Source of the DNA: Octopus vulgaris
Taxonomy: Eukaryota
Assembly: GCA_951406725.2 (NCBI GenBank)
Contig: CATOCA020000001.1
Coordinates: 3,286,001 to 3,350,000 of the forward strand
Direction: 5' to 3'
Length of the DNA: 64,000 bases
The notes under the pieces were generated by a model. The model had not been told where the DNA came from. It worked only from the letters and a program-made list of their open reading frames with translations, and made no database searches. Shown piece after piece: positions 41,792 to 54,030 of this stretch; the stretch's first letter is position 1, and the number at the start of each line of letters is the position of its first letter. A program made the translations under genes and the position numbers.

Positions 41792-41811
41792 TACATGTGT
41801 GTATATACATA

Positions 41812-42175
41812 TAGGCACAGTCGTGGCTGTGTGGTAAGAAGCTTACTTCCCAATCACATGATACTGGGTTCAGTACCACTGTGTGGCACTTTGGATAAGT
41901 GACTACTACTATAGCCTCATGCTTTGTGAGTAGATATGGTAGACGGAAACTGAAAGAAGCACATCATATATATACATATATATGTATGTATGCATCTGTA
42001 TTTGTCCTACCACATGTGTCGTTGTGTTTACCTCTGTGTAACTTAGCAGTTCAACAAGAGACCGATAAAATATATACTAAGCTTAAATAGCAAGTCCTGG
42101 TGTTGATTTGTTTAACTAAAAATCCTTCAAGCGGGTGCTCCAGCATGGCCGCAGTCAAAAGAGAGTAACAAATGA
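41812..42175 (+). mobile_element. tRNA-derived SINE
   Basis: A/B-box-like head tggctgtgtggtaagaagc...gggttcagtacc. Related copies lie at about 46375-46530 (+) and 1880-2265 (-). Confidence 0.7.
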
Positions 42176-42439
42176 AAGAATATATATAAATTTCTACATG
42201 TTAAATCTAATTGCATTTTGGATATACGCTCTTCTACTTTCTCACTGGAAATGTCATCCCTATATATTGCACAAATCTAATTCTTTTCCCCAAATATATT
42301 GCACTTCATATTCCCTGGATCCAATAAAGCTGTAGGATGTTATTCAGGCACTCAACTAGGAGTCCACTGCATCTTATAGCAGAAATGGCAGTAAGATATT
42401 GAAGTCCAAAACATATCCATCTTTTCCTTCTGTCATCCT

Positions 42440-43066
42440 TCTCGGATATAAATATAAATATAAAGTAATAGTTTGTTGCCAAACTTAATGTGACTGTCCC
42501 AGGAAGGGGAAGAATGCCACTGCTATTTAACCCCAGGAAACATCGTTTCCACTTGGCTACGTGACACAAGTATTCTGTGTCCTTAAGTTTTCAAATAGGG
42601 TAGACAAACACTCCCTCCCACCAAAGCCAGCACCCGGAGACTGGTTTCAGAATTTTGCACTTCATCAGTCTGGAGTAGCTTGGCTTTGCTAGCTGTCGAT
42701 GTTTATTTGCCTTTGAAAATTTGAAGAATTTCACGTGAAATAAATTCACTGATCAATAAAATTAAAAATATTGCATTTCCAAATCTCTCAGAGAAACTTA
42801 TACAGTAGCAGCACAATAAAGTGATGGTTTGTTGCCAACTTAATGTGGCAGTCCCAGGAAGGGGAAGAATGCTACTGCTACACAAGAAACATCGTTTCCA
42901 CTTGACTACGTGACAAAAGCGTTCTGTGTCCTCAAGTTTTCAAACAAGGGAGAGAAGCACCTTCACCTAGCAACGCCAGCACCCAGAGTTATTGCTCTTC
43001 ATCAGTCCTGAGTAGCTTGGCTTGCCAGCTGTTGATGCATATTCGCCTTTGAAAACTTATAGAATT

Positions 43067-43068
<2 letters not shown>
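42440..43068 (-). repeat. Tandem ~356 bp repeat (about 1.8 copies), Penelope pLTR/retrozyme-like
   Basis: gtttgttgccaa.cttaatgtg..gtcccaggaaggggaagaatgc at 42471 and 42827; each unit carries a hammerhead core. Confidence 0.75.
42630..42679 (-). ncRNA. Putative minimal type I hammerhead ribozyme
   Basis: Minus strand gctactccaga-CTGATGA-agtgcaaaattct-GAAAC-ca-GTC-tccgggtgc. The second copy (42979-43016) has a perfect stem II agag/ctct but has lost GAAAC..GTC. Confidence 0.65.
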
Positions 43069-43106
<38 letters not shown>

Positions 43107-43368
43107 TTTAATGCTTTTACCCCCATACCTTCGTGAGTTGGTTTGAGCAAACACTATCTGAGAGAGATTTTCTTTAAGTATTAGAAGTAGCTGAAAAAAA
43201 ATTTTTTTAGCTGCTATTTCTAATGAGTTCAGTATGTGGCAAAGTAATTTATTTTACTAAGCCCTTTTATATAATGTAATATTTTGAATTCGCCTTAAAT
43301 GGTCCCTTTACATACTGAATACTTGGTGAAATTGATTAATAGTTAATTAATTTTACCCTCAATTGTTG

Positions 43369-43432
<64 letters not shown>

Positions 43433-44598
43433 GCACCTTTAAGTTTCCATCCAGCAGATCTTCTAAGAAAACTTTCCCCAGAAGTAGAAGTCACTAGTTC
43501 AAATCACCATGTGGTGGAGTGGAACCCAAGATCATAGATTTGGAAGGCAAACATCTTAAGCACACGGCCATCTAATCTAATTAAACAGAAATATTCTACT
43601 AATCTTTAAATTTTCAGAAATCAATTATTTAACACAAATTGAAACATGTTTGGATGAGTGTATATAAATTAGAATTCATCTGGATTTACATATTATAACA
43701 ACAGTCTCTGTTTGTGTTTACGAATCATGGCAGGTGGAATTTCGAAAGAAAAGTTTCATACCTCAAAGCAAAGAAGAAGATATTTTTTTTTATTTTTAAC
43801 CATCACCATTTAATGTCCATTGTCCATGAATTGAATGCAGCATGAGCTGCCACGCCGAGGAAGAGGGGAGACTCCAGTCTGATTTGGTATGGTTTCTACC
43901 GTCGGATGCCCTTCCTAATGCCAACCACTTTACAGAGTGTGCTGAATGTTCTCATGTGTCCCCACATGGGCAATTTACGTGACACCACACATATGCTTTT
44001 ACACGAACCACACGAAGCACGTTTACATGTTGCTGCACTGGTGCTATTACCTATCTCCACACAGAGACTTCAACATGGTACCACCACGGGTACTTTACAC
44101 AACCAGGTGTATTAGTTTGACGCACGGGAAGGTGATAAATTCTTTTACATTTCGAGCCTACGCTGTTCAACAAGGAATTAAACAGAGAGAGAATTAAAAA
44201 TATGCTTGTGGAATTAGCGGTCATGCTAGCAATATTGTCCGCTAACAGGGCCACGCTGCATCCCTATATACAATATATATGGTTAGCAGGGTGAGAGAAG
44301 CCCAACCATCCACTGGGGTTAAAGAAGTAGTAACATGGAACAGACATCTTCACGTGGCTAATGACTTCCCCCTTGTCTCTATCGTTTCGACTTTGCTCTC
44401 TTCTCGAGATTTTACGACCAGCTTTCTTGCGTGTTGCAAATCAGTGACCGATAGTTACTTTGTTTACGATATATGACTAGTGGGAGCGAACCACGGCTAT
44501 AGCTCTGGCGGTCAGCTACTCGCGACTGAGGATGAATGAAGCAACTCGAAACTGAGTCAGTCTAACGATCCTGTATCTGCTAGGGGATAGTAGGGAGT

Positions 44599-45121
44599 CG
44601 GGATCTTTACCTTTTGACGGACAGATTTAAAAAATTATTTTTTTGGCAACTAAACACTTTCAAAGTTCGTATACTTGTAGAATGTGTCACATAAAACATC
44701 TTTTACTCTTGGCGTTGTTGAGAAAAGGCTGTATTTTGGAAGTTATTTCTTGTTAAAGTTGTCGTATTTCGGTAATTTCAACCAATCAATGACGTGTATT
44801 CAGCTGAATATAATTACTGCATTTGTTTGTCAACAGTAATTATGGGCGGTGTATATTTCGTTTGTCACCGTTATATATGACATCGTTCTTTTGTACGAAC
44901 TGCAGTAATTTTATTCAGCTGAATACATGTCATTGATTGGTTGAAATTACCGAAATATCTCAAATTTAACAAGAAATAACTTGAAAAATACAGAATTTTC
45001 TTAACAACGCCAAGAGTAAAACATGATTTATGTAACATATTCTACCAGTGTCCGAAGTTTGAAATTGTTTAGTTACAAAAAATTATTTTTTAAATCTGTC
45101 GATCCAAATTTAAAGATTCGG
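44599..45121. mobile_element. MITE with ~230 bp inverted arms
   Basis: gatctttac...acagatttaaaaaattattttt / aaaaattatttttaaatctgtc...taaagattc. Confidence 0.8.
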
Positions 45122-46536
45122 GTTCGCCCCCTCTGATAGCAATATACGTTGTATATAGAGGGGGCATCTCCTCACCGATAAGCAGCTGGTAGACTATCTG
45201 CCTGTGGTTAAACTAGTAGTAACACGGAACAGCCACTTTCTCTCTTTCCCTACCCTGTCTCTCCCCGTTCCACCTCATTATATCTTACTCTATCACTCTG
45301 CTTCTATTACTATTTCTAAGAGAAGCTTTCCTCTTATAGATACTTTCAGATTTCTCTTAACAATTTTCTCTCTGTGTTCACTTGGATGTATTTAATTATT
45401 TAACTAACGATTAATCACATAATTACTTTCTAAATCTATAATCTAAATAATTAAATTGTGTGTTATTGAAACACAGTTTAATAAACATTTAGAAGAAAAA
45501 CTGTCCTACATGTGGTCTCACAATATGCAGGAAATAACAGCCAGTTGACCTTAAATTTGCATTGTTTTTTATTAGATAATTAAAACAACACTTTAAGAAG
45601 CTTCTAAGGACTTTTCTCATATGCGATCATTCTTCATGCTAGAAATAGAAAGTAAGGGATTTAAAATTTACTTTGTCTTTCATATAAAATTTGAAGGACA
45701 TTTAAGAAGCATTTTAACAAGAAATTCAACTCTATATTGTTTCACTTCATGCTGGAACCTTCTAGAAACAATTTTGTCTTGTCAGTTGCCCCATATTATT
45801 TCTAGAAATGACAGCCAAATACACTGAAATTTGCATTGGTTTTACAGAAAAGTGAAATACATTTGAAAACGAATCTTAAAGAATATTCTCCTAAACTTGG
45901 CCTTGCATCATGCTAGAAATAACAGCCAGGTACCTCATATCGACACTGTTTTTGCTTTTCAGTTTATTGTCTTTTTATTCCCATCCTGAATGCAGATGGT
46001 GAAGTCTATGGAGACACGTTCCTTCTCTCTCCATAGATGCGACCTTCTTTGAGCTAGAAACAACAGGCAGAGTACCCTCAGCCATATCTTAAATCAATTA
46101 GCAATTTTGGAATATATTTCACTTTGAAAAGAAATCACATTTAATTTATTTGGTTTGCAGATTTTTCTGTATTCTTTCTTTCTGCGCGTGAATACTTAAA
46201 ACGAAAGATTATCGAGATGGATGTCAGCTGAATTAAAAGAAACGATATTACAGCCATAGCGTGAAATATTTCACGCCTCCTTCTCTCCATGAATACATGT
46301 GGAGCAGAAAGTTCAACTATCAGAAACATGTATCCGAAGATTTGATTTGTTTTATCAACTAAAATTACAGACAGGGCTTTAGGTAAGAAAGTTGGTTCCC
46401 AACCGTATGGTTCCAGGTTCGGTATCACTGCGTGGCGCCTTGTCCAGATGTCTTCTGTTATACCTTCGGGTCGACCAAAGACTTGTGAGTAGACTTGGTA
46501 GACGGAAACTGAAAGAGGCTCTTCGTATACACACAC

Positions 46537-47480
46537 ACTTTCTTTCTTTCTTTCTTTCTTTTTTTAATGTTCTTATTTGTTTCTTTGTTTGTTTCTTTCT
46601 TTCTTTCTTCCTTCATTTCCCTCATTTCTTTCTTTCTTTTTCTTTCCTTTTCTTTCTTTCTTTCCTTCCTTCTTTCTTCTTCATTTCTCTCATTCTTTCT
46701 TTCCTTCCTTCCTTTATTTTCCTTATTTCTTTGTTTACTTTCTCTTTTTCATTTCCTTCTTCTTACCCTTCATTCTTTTTTCTTTCTTCCCTCTCATCTT
46801 TCCTTCTTCAATCCGTCTTTCATTTTTCTTCCTTTCTTTTTTCTGTCGTTGCTTCGTTTCCTTTCCTTGTCTCCTTTTTCTCTCTCTCCCTCTCACCCTG
46901 CTCTTATCCTTCTCACTTTCTTTCCTTCTTTTTTCCTTCTTACTTTCTTTTTCTTTTTTCCCTTCATTCTTTCTATCTTTCCCTCTTTTTCCTTCTAACC
47001 TTCTTTCTTTTCTGTTTCCCTTTCTTTCTTACTTTCTCCCTTTCTTCCTTTCTTTCTCCCTTTCTTTCTTTCTCTCTTTCTTTCTTTCTTTTCTTTCTTT
47101 CTTTCTTTCTTTCTTTCTTTGTTTCTGTCTCTCTTTCTTTCTTTCCTTACTGCCTTTTTTCCTTCTTTCTTTCCTTACTGCCATTCTTTCCTTCCTTCTT
47201 TTACTTCCTTATTTCCTTCATTCCTTATTTCCTTCTTTCCTTCCTTCCTTCTTCCTTCCTTCCTTCCAGCCTTCCTTTCTTTCTTTCTTTCTTTCTTCCG
47301 TTCTCATTTCATGCATTATTACAGAATCACGTTACTTTATTCCTTCCTTGCTCTTTTCTTTCTTTCCTTCTTTTTTTCTCTTTTCATTCTTCCTTTCTCT
47401 CTCTCTCTCTCTCTCACACACTCTCTTTCATTCTTTCCTTCTTTTTACTCTCTCTCTCTCTCACTCTCTTTCTTTCCCTT
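46537..47480 (+). repeat. Polypyrimidine low-complexity tract
   Basis: TTTC/TTCC/TC-rich; the F/L/S ORFs are artefacts. Confidence 0.9.
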
Positions 47481-48309
47481 AATCTCATTGTTTCCCTCCC
47501 AAAACAATTTCGACTTTTATAAAAGAATCTCACCTCTCTATTGTCTCGCATCATTCGTGAAACAGCAACCAAACACCTTGAAATTCCTAAAGTTTTTATT
47601 TTATAAAAGCAGGACACTTGACGAAGCGTCTATCAAACATATTGTCCTACAGGTGGTCGGGTAAGATGGTAGAAATAACAGTTCAATACACTATATTCTG
47701 CATTGTTTTTCATGAAAGATTGAAAGAGATTTTAAGAAGCATCCGGAGGAATAATATACAATTGGTGGGCCCAGGTGATGCTAGAAATAACAGCCAAGTA
47801 TATCAAAATTTTGTGTTGTCACTCATATAAAAATTAAGGGAACTTAGAAAATCCTCTCTCTCCACCTCAGCATGTATTAATATATCACCCCAAATCTAAG
47901 CCGAATGCCCCTAACCTCTAAGCCACTTCACTCCAGCGACCATGCAACCTGTGTGACGATTGCAGGCAGAGTGAAAGGAAAAGTAAAGAATTGGAAATGT
48001 GAAAAAGCGAAATAAAAAACGAATCAGTGACGTGGAGTCGCAATCTGTACTAATTCCATTGATCAATGTTCGATATTTATCGATAATGTGTTATAAACAC
48101 TATTTTATATTATTCTCTCTCTTTTTAATAATAGGCATCACTCGCCATCGCTCCGTCCCTTTCTCTCCCTCCACACACCGCACGATGCTCTCTGAAGAGG
48201 CGTTCCATCCAGATGTCCTCACATCCGTTTCTCTCATCAATAAGCGAACCGTTGTTCCATCCGTCTCTTTGCCATTGTCGACCGACTTGTGTGTGTGTGT
48301 GTCCATATA

Positions 48310-48547
48310 TTGGATTGGTGCATAATTATTGCGGCTTTTTTCAACAAATTTTATTCAACAAAAACAATAACATGTAACAAAACATCTTTAAATGATTATT
48401 CCGGAGCATATTCACCATCTACTTCAATAACTGCTTCCCATTCGCTTGATAGACGATCATGTAAAGATGTTTTTGATAAATATTTTTATTGTTTTTGTTG
48501 AATAGTATTTGTTGAAAAGAAGCCGCAATAATTATGCACCAGCCCAA
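48310..48547. mobile_element. Mariner deletion derivative (MITE)
   Basis: TIR ttggattggtgcataattattgcggc / gccgcaataattatgcaccagcccaa with TA TSD. Internal minus-strand remnant EWEAVIEVDGEY. Confidence 0.85.
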
Positions 48548-48975
48548 TATTTTACCTGACCCTGGGATGGTGTGATATCTTGAATTGAGCGTTACATGGA
48601 TTAAAGTGAGGGAAGGTTGCACAATAGCATCTGGCTCACTCTCTCGTCCCTTCCTCTGTGATTCCAGTGGAAGGATAAAGTCAAGAAAACTACAGACAGG
48701 TTGCAGTTCACAAAGCTTGCTGGTCCGTTGAGCCTGTCTAGTGGTTTCCTCAGCACACTCAACCGGTTCACATCCTTAGATAGACAAGCCCTAGTCCACC
48801 AATGGTTAAAGGCCGTGTGCTACCCTTACCATGGTTTAGCCAGCCTGTGGAAGCCGTGAGCGTGGGTGTGGATACTGTTGCATGCAGATAGCAATGATGA
48901 ACCACAGGTGAGAGGTGGGATTCACGGGAGGACCAAAGCGGACGGACTACTCCAAGGAGTACTACATATTTTCCA

Positions 48976-49018
<43 letters not shown>

Positions 49019-49020
49019 TA

Positions 49021-50155
49021 GGTCCCTGTCTGGAATCGAAAATCGAACTCGGAATCTTAGGGTTAGTAGCCCGCGCTCTTAACCACTGCGTCATATGCCC
49101 GTGTGCAATTATGGAGTGAATCTTAGTATCAACACCACTAAAACCAACCCTATGGCTACGATATGTTGATGACACGTTTATAGTCTGGCCCCACCAGGAA
49201 TATGGCCAAGTTCTGTTATATCATGTGAACTCAATAAAGCCATCCATACAGTTCACAATGGAAAAGGAGAAATACAATCAGCTGCCAATTCCTGGACGTA
49301 TTAGTAACATGCACCAAGTATGGATTCAGGACATCCGTATACTACAAGCCGCCCTTCACCGGACGATACCTCAACTTCAATTCCTACAATCCATACAGTG
49401 TAAAGAGAGGGATTGCTCAGTGCCTAAAACATCGAGTAAAGAATATAAGTAGCGATTGTGATACCCACAACGAAGAAATGATCAAGCTAAGTAACAATCT
49501 ATTAAGCAACAACTACCCCAAAATATACAATCCACTCTAATTATGAAGAAAAGAGAGGATGAAACCAATAAAATGTCCACAGTCTGTCTACCCTATGTGA
49601 AAGGACTTTCCGAAAAGATACAAAAGATATGCGGCCCATAGGACATCAGGACAGCATTCAAGAGTAATACAACACTTCGCAAATATTTCCTTCGAGTAAA
49701 ACCACCAATAGAAGAGAATATGACCAAAGACTGCGTGTACTCCATCCCATGCAGCTATGGTAGGTTATACAAATGCGAAACATGCCTCCCCTCAAAATAA
49801 GGGTAGCCGCACATCGCAAAGCTGTGACACGAGGAGATATTGATAAATCTGGTATAGGTGATCATGTATGGAAAAATGGAGACCACCTCATCCGGGTGGG
49901 ATGAAGTTAAAATAAAAGATAGAGAACACCACTGGAAAATAGGAAACTAAAAGAAGCAGCACATATGCAAAGACACAACATCCTCCTAAGCAGACCGAGT
50001 GCAGATATGAATAGCCTATGGGAACCGGTATTAAGGAAGGATAGGGAAATATTAGATTTATAACCCATAAAATTCACTCCATAATTGCCCACAGGCTACT
50101 AACCCCAAGATTCCGAGTTCGAATCCAGGCAATGACCTTAATAATAATAATAACA
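49021..50155 (+). mobile_element. 5'-truncated Penelope-like element (RT C-terminus plus GIY-YIG) between inverted terminal repeats
   Basis: Reads KPTLWLRYVDDTFIVWPH, NSIKPSIQFTMEKE, CLPYVKGLSEKI, CVYSIPCS and KLKEAAH. 49021-49127 and 50065-50140 are inverted copies containing a tRNA-like segment, each with a (TAA)n tract outside. Confidence 0.85.
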
Positions 50156-50299
50156 TCGAAAAATACCTTAGGAATGAGAACAACAAACAAAATGAGGACA
50201 AATAAATAATGAATCCTTATTGTAGTTCTCAGCCTTTTCACTCGCTACAAATCCTTTCACAACAGCCACAAATGAATCCCATGCTCTTTTTCTACGTCA

Positions 50300-51545
50300 G
50301 TCATCGAGCACGAGAATGTCTGGCATTTCATTAACTTTCGGATTTGTGACCCATCAAAAAACACCATCCATTATTTTATCATAACACAGGAAATGCTAAA
50401 CATATGAATTTGAAACAGCTACTCTCCACATTAAGAGCTTCGATATATTACTTCATTAGTCCTAGTTTAAAATGAAGGGTTGAGAAGATGATTTTCTCTC
50501 GCTCAACAAGTGTTTCGTGTATGATATTCTTCTCTCCAGAAGTCAAACTTTTCCTTACTTGCCAGAGTTTCCGGCTCCCTATGATTGTCTCTCGTTTGGT
50601 TATCGCATAAACCCAGGAAAGACGGATGTTTTGTGTAAACTCTTTGTTGACCAAGTAAAAAGTTGAGCATTTTTAGATCCACACATATGACCCATTTGTG
50701 TTCATCAGATTTGGGTAAATCTAATTCAACTTTTATGTGATCATAATTCTCTTTTAAGTTCACAGAGTGACCAATAGGAAGCGCAGCAAACAAGTTTCAA
50801 TTATGGACTAACAAACATTTTAGACACTTCTTTCAGCTATCTATAAACTCACTACGGTCATAGTATCCACCACCCATCGCATTTAACAGCCCCGCCACGT
50901 CACAACAGTAAACAAAATAATTTTCAGTTGTAATGAATGCTAAGAGGACTTTTTCTTTGTTCTGATAAAAAGTCACGTTTCTGCAACACATTCTTCTCTT
51001 TAAGCCTAGAAGATAAGTTCCGATAACTCTTGTGACAGTCGTAGGTCTCTAACGAAATACTTGAGTTCTGCCTGGTTTTCACGTTCTTTGGTCGATGTTA
51101 CTACAAAGTCTGTATCACTGTCATCTTCATGTTTTACATCTACTTCACATATACCAGTTTTATCTTGCAATGACGGTAGATCCTTGAAACTGGGTTCTGG
51201 GTGAAACATTGGACGATTTGATGAATCCAGATTTGTTCTGTCGCAATCTCTTGCTATAACCAGAAGAATTTGTGAGACAAAAGTAGCAATCTTTAATATG
51301 GTTCTTCGGTTCTTACCATGCCATAGGAATGCCAAAAGTTAGTTGTTTGTTTGAGTCCTTTGTCGATTGGCATAGATTTTTCGGCACCGGGTTTACATAT
51401 ATTGAGCGGGACCCATGATTTATACCGATTGCCAACTTTAATCTTCAGGTAAGTCAATTGAGCAATGTTCATTCTTGGACTTGATACTGTAAAACACCCA
51501 CAGGTGTCAGGGAATTTCAATCATTTCCTTCGCAATGACACCATG
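50300..51545 (-). mobile_element. Decayed Chapaev3-like (CMC) transposase
   Basis: Remnants EP.NHIKDCYFC, PIGHSVNLKENY, WVICVDLKMLNFLLGQQRVYTKHPSFL and LHFKLGLMK. Family assigned from remembered motifs. Confidence 0.65.
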
Positions 51546-52204
51546 CTACTGAACCTCTGCATTATTTCAGGAGATAAATGTGAAAAGAGAGAAAAAACAA
51601 AGAGCATATTTATGTATCTAGGTTTGTCTAAATAGATGTCGAAATACTTGGATAAAATAAATATTCAACAGAAATGTTTAACGATGATGTCTTTTGTACA
51701 TTTGTTGATAGTAAGAAGAGATTAACAAAGCAGATTGAGACGACCGAGCGTTGAAGCACAGAGATATTAGGAAACACACTTCTATACATGTATGTATACG
51801 AGGCCAACAGAGCGTCACAACCTCACTCACTGAATGCTCAACTGACTCTGAGATTCTTACTGCTAAGCTACTCTACCAAAAACACATCGAGAAATTTCTG
51901 AAAGATGGTGCTATGGGTGGGTTAATATGGACCAGTCTATAGGGAAAAATCACGTGACGTGATAGAAAAGAAAAATATTGCAATTTTAAAACTTAGTGAC
52001 CCCAAATTACCCCTAAATAGGCTTCAGACTTATAAATGGGAAGAGAGGCAGAATGGTAGAGTAATCAATAATGAGGTGAGAGAGAGAGAGAGAGAAGCAG
52101 AGAAAAGGAGAGAGAGACACACAGGTAGACAGACAGACAGTCAGATACAGGAAGGGTCAGAGTTAAAGAGAGAGAAGAAGAGGGAGACAAAGAGATGGGT
52201 TTGA

Positions 52205-52244
<40 letters not shown>

Positions 52245-52539
52245 AAGGATTGAGCGATGGGGTTACAGAGATGACAAAAGAGTAAGTGAAAGGAGAGAGG
52301 GAGGAAGAGACAACGAGAAAGAAGGAAATCAAGAGAGAAAAGAAGAAAGAAGGGAAGGATGGGAGGGAAAAAGAAAGAAAGAAAAGATGGAAGGAAGGAA
52401 TAATGAAACGAAGGAAGAAAAAGAAACAGAACAAGAAAGTGAGGAAGAAAGATGGAAAGAAAGAAAAAAACGTGAAGTGATTCTGTAATAAAGAACGAGA
52501 TGAGAATGAGAGAGAGAAAGAGGGGAAGGAGAGAGAGAG

Positions 52540-52601
52540 AAAATAGAAGATAGTAAGAGAGAATGAATGAATGAAAGACGGAAACAAGGCTAGAGACAAA
52601 T

Positions 52602-52632
<31 letters not shown>

Positions 52633-53271
52633 GAGAAAGAGAGAATGAGAGAAACAGAGAAAGAGAGAGAGAATAGAAGATTGTAAGAGACAAAGAATGA
52701 ATGAAAGAAGGAAACAAGGCTAGAGACAAATAGAAAGAAAGAAAGAGAGAAAGAAAGAGAGAGAGAGAGAGATAAAGATAATAGAAGATAGTAAGAGAGA
52801 AAGAATGAATGAAAGAAGGAAACAAGGCTAGAGACAAATAGAAAGAAAGAAAGAAAGAAAGAGAGAAAGAAAGAGAGAGAGAAAGAGAGAGAGAATAGAA
52901 GACAGTAAGAGAGAATGAATGAATGAAACAAGGGTAGAGACAAATAGAAAGAAAGAAAGAAAGAAGGAAAGAGAGAAAGAGAGAGAGAGAGAGAATAGAA
53001 GATAGTAAGAGACAAAGAATGAATGAAAGAAGGAAACAAGGCTAGAGACAAATAGAAAGAAAGAAAGAAAGAAAGAGAGAAAGAAAGAGAGAGAGAGAGA
53101 GAGAGAATAGAAGATAGTAAGAGAGAAAGAATGAATGAAAGAAGGAAACAAGGCTAGAGACAAATAGAAAGAAAGAAAGAAGGAAAGAGAGAGAGAAAGA
53201 GAGGGAGAGAATAGAAGATAGTAATAGAGAAAGAATGAATGAAAGAAGGAAACAAGGCTAGAGACAAATAC

Positions 53272-53304
<33 letters not shown>

Positions 53305-53905
53305 ATGAGAGAGAGAGAATAGAAGATAGTAAGAGAGAAAGAATGAATGAAAGAAGGAAACAAGGCTAGAGACAGAAAGAAAGAAAGAAAGAGAGAAAGA
53401 AAGAGAGAGAGAAAGAGAGAGAGAATAGAAGATAGTAAGAGAGAAAGAATGAATGAAAGAAGGAAACAAGGCTAGAGACAAATACAAAGAAAGAAATAGA
53501 GAAAGAGAGAGAGAGAGAGAATAGAAGATAGTAAGAGAGAAAGAATGAATGAAAGAAGGAAACAAGGCTAGAGACAAATAGAAAGAGAGAAAGAAGGAAA
53601 GAGAGAGAGAAAGAGAGGGAGAGAATAGAAGATAGTAATAGAGAAAGAATGAATGAAAGAAGGAAACAAGGCTAGAGACAAATAGAAAGAAAGAAATAAA
53701 GAAAGAAAGAGAGAGAGAATGAGAGAGAGAATAGAAGATAGTAAGAGAGAAAGAATGAATGAAAGAAGGAAACGAGGCTAGAGACAAATAGAAAGAAAGA
53801 AAGAGAGAAAGAAAGAGAGAAAGAGAGAGAGAATGAGAGAGAGAGAATAGAAGATAGTAAGAGAGGAAGAATGAATGAAAGAAGGAAACGAGGCTAGAGA
53901 CAAAT

Positions 53906-53940
<35 letters not shown>

Positions 53941-54030
53941 AAGAGAGAGAGAATAGAAGATAGTAAGAGAGAAAGAATGAATGAAGGAAGGAAACAAGGC
54001 TAGAGACAAATAGAAAGAAAGAATGAATGA
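52540..54030 (+). repeat. Purine-rich minisatellite, about 14 units of ~95-130 bp
   Basis: Constant core gaatagaagatagtaagagagaaagaatgaatgaaagaaggaaacaaggctagagacaaatagaaag plus a variable (GAAA)n(GA)n spacer, within a GA-rich tract spanning 52070-55060. Confidence 0.92.

Noticed and set aside
52540-54030. CRISPR-like repeat-spacer appearance
   Set aside because: Eukaryotic context, the spacers are simple GA/GAAA tracts rather than unique sequences, and there are no cas genes.
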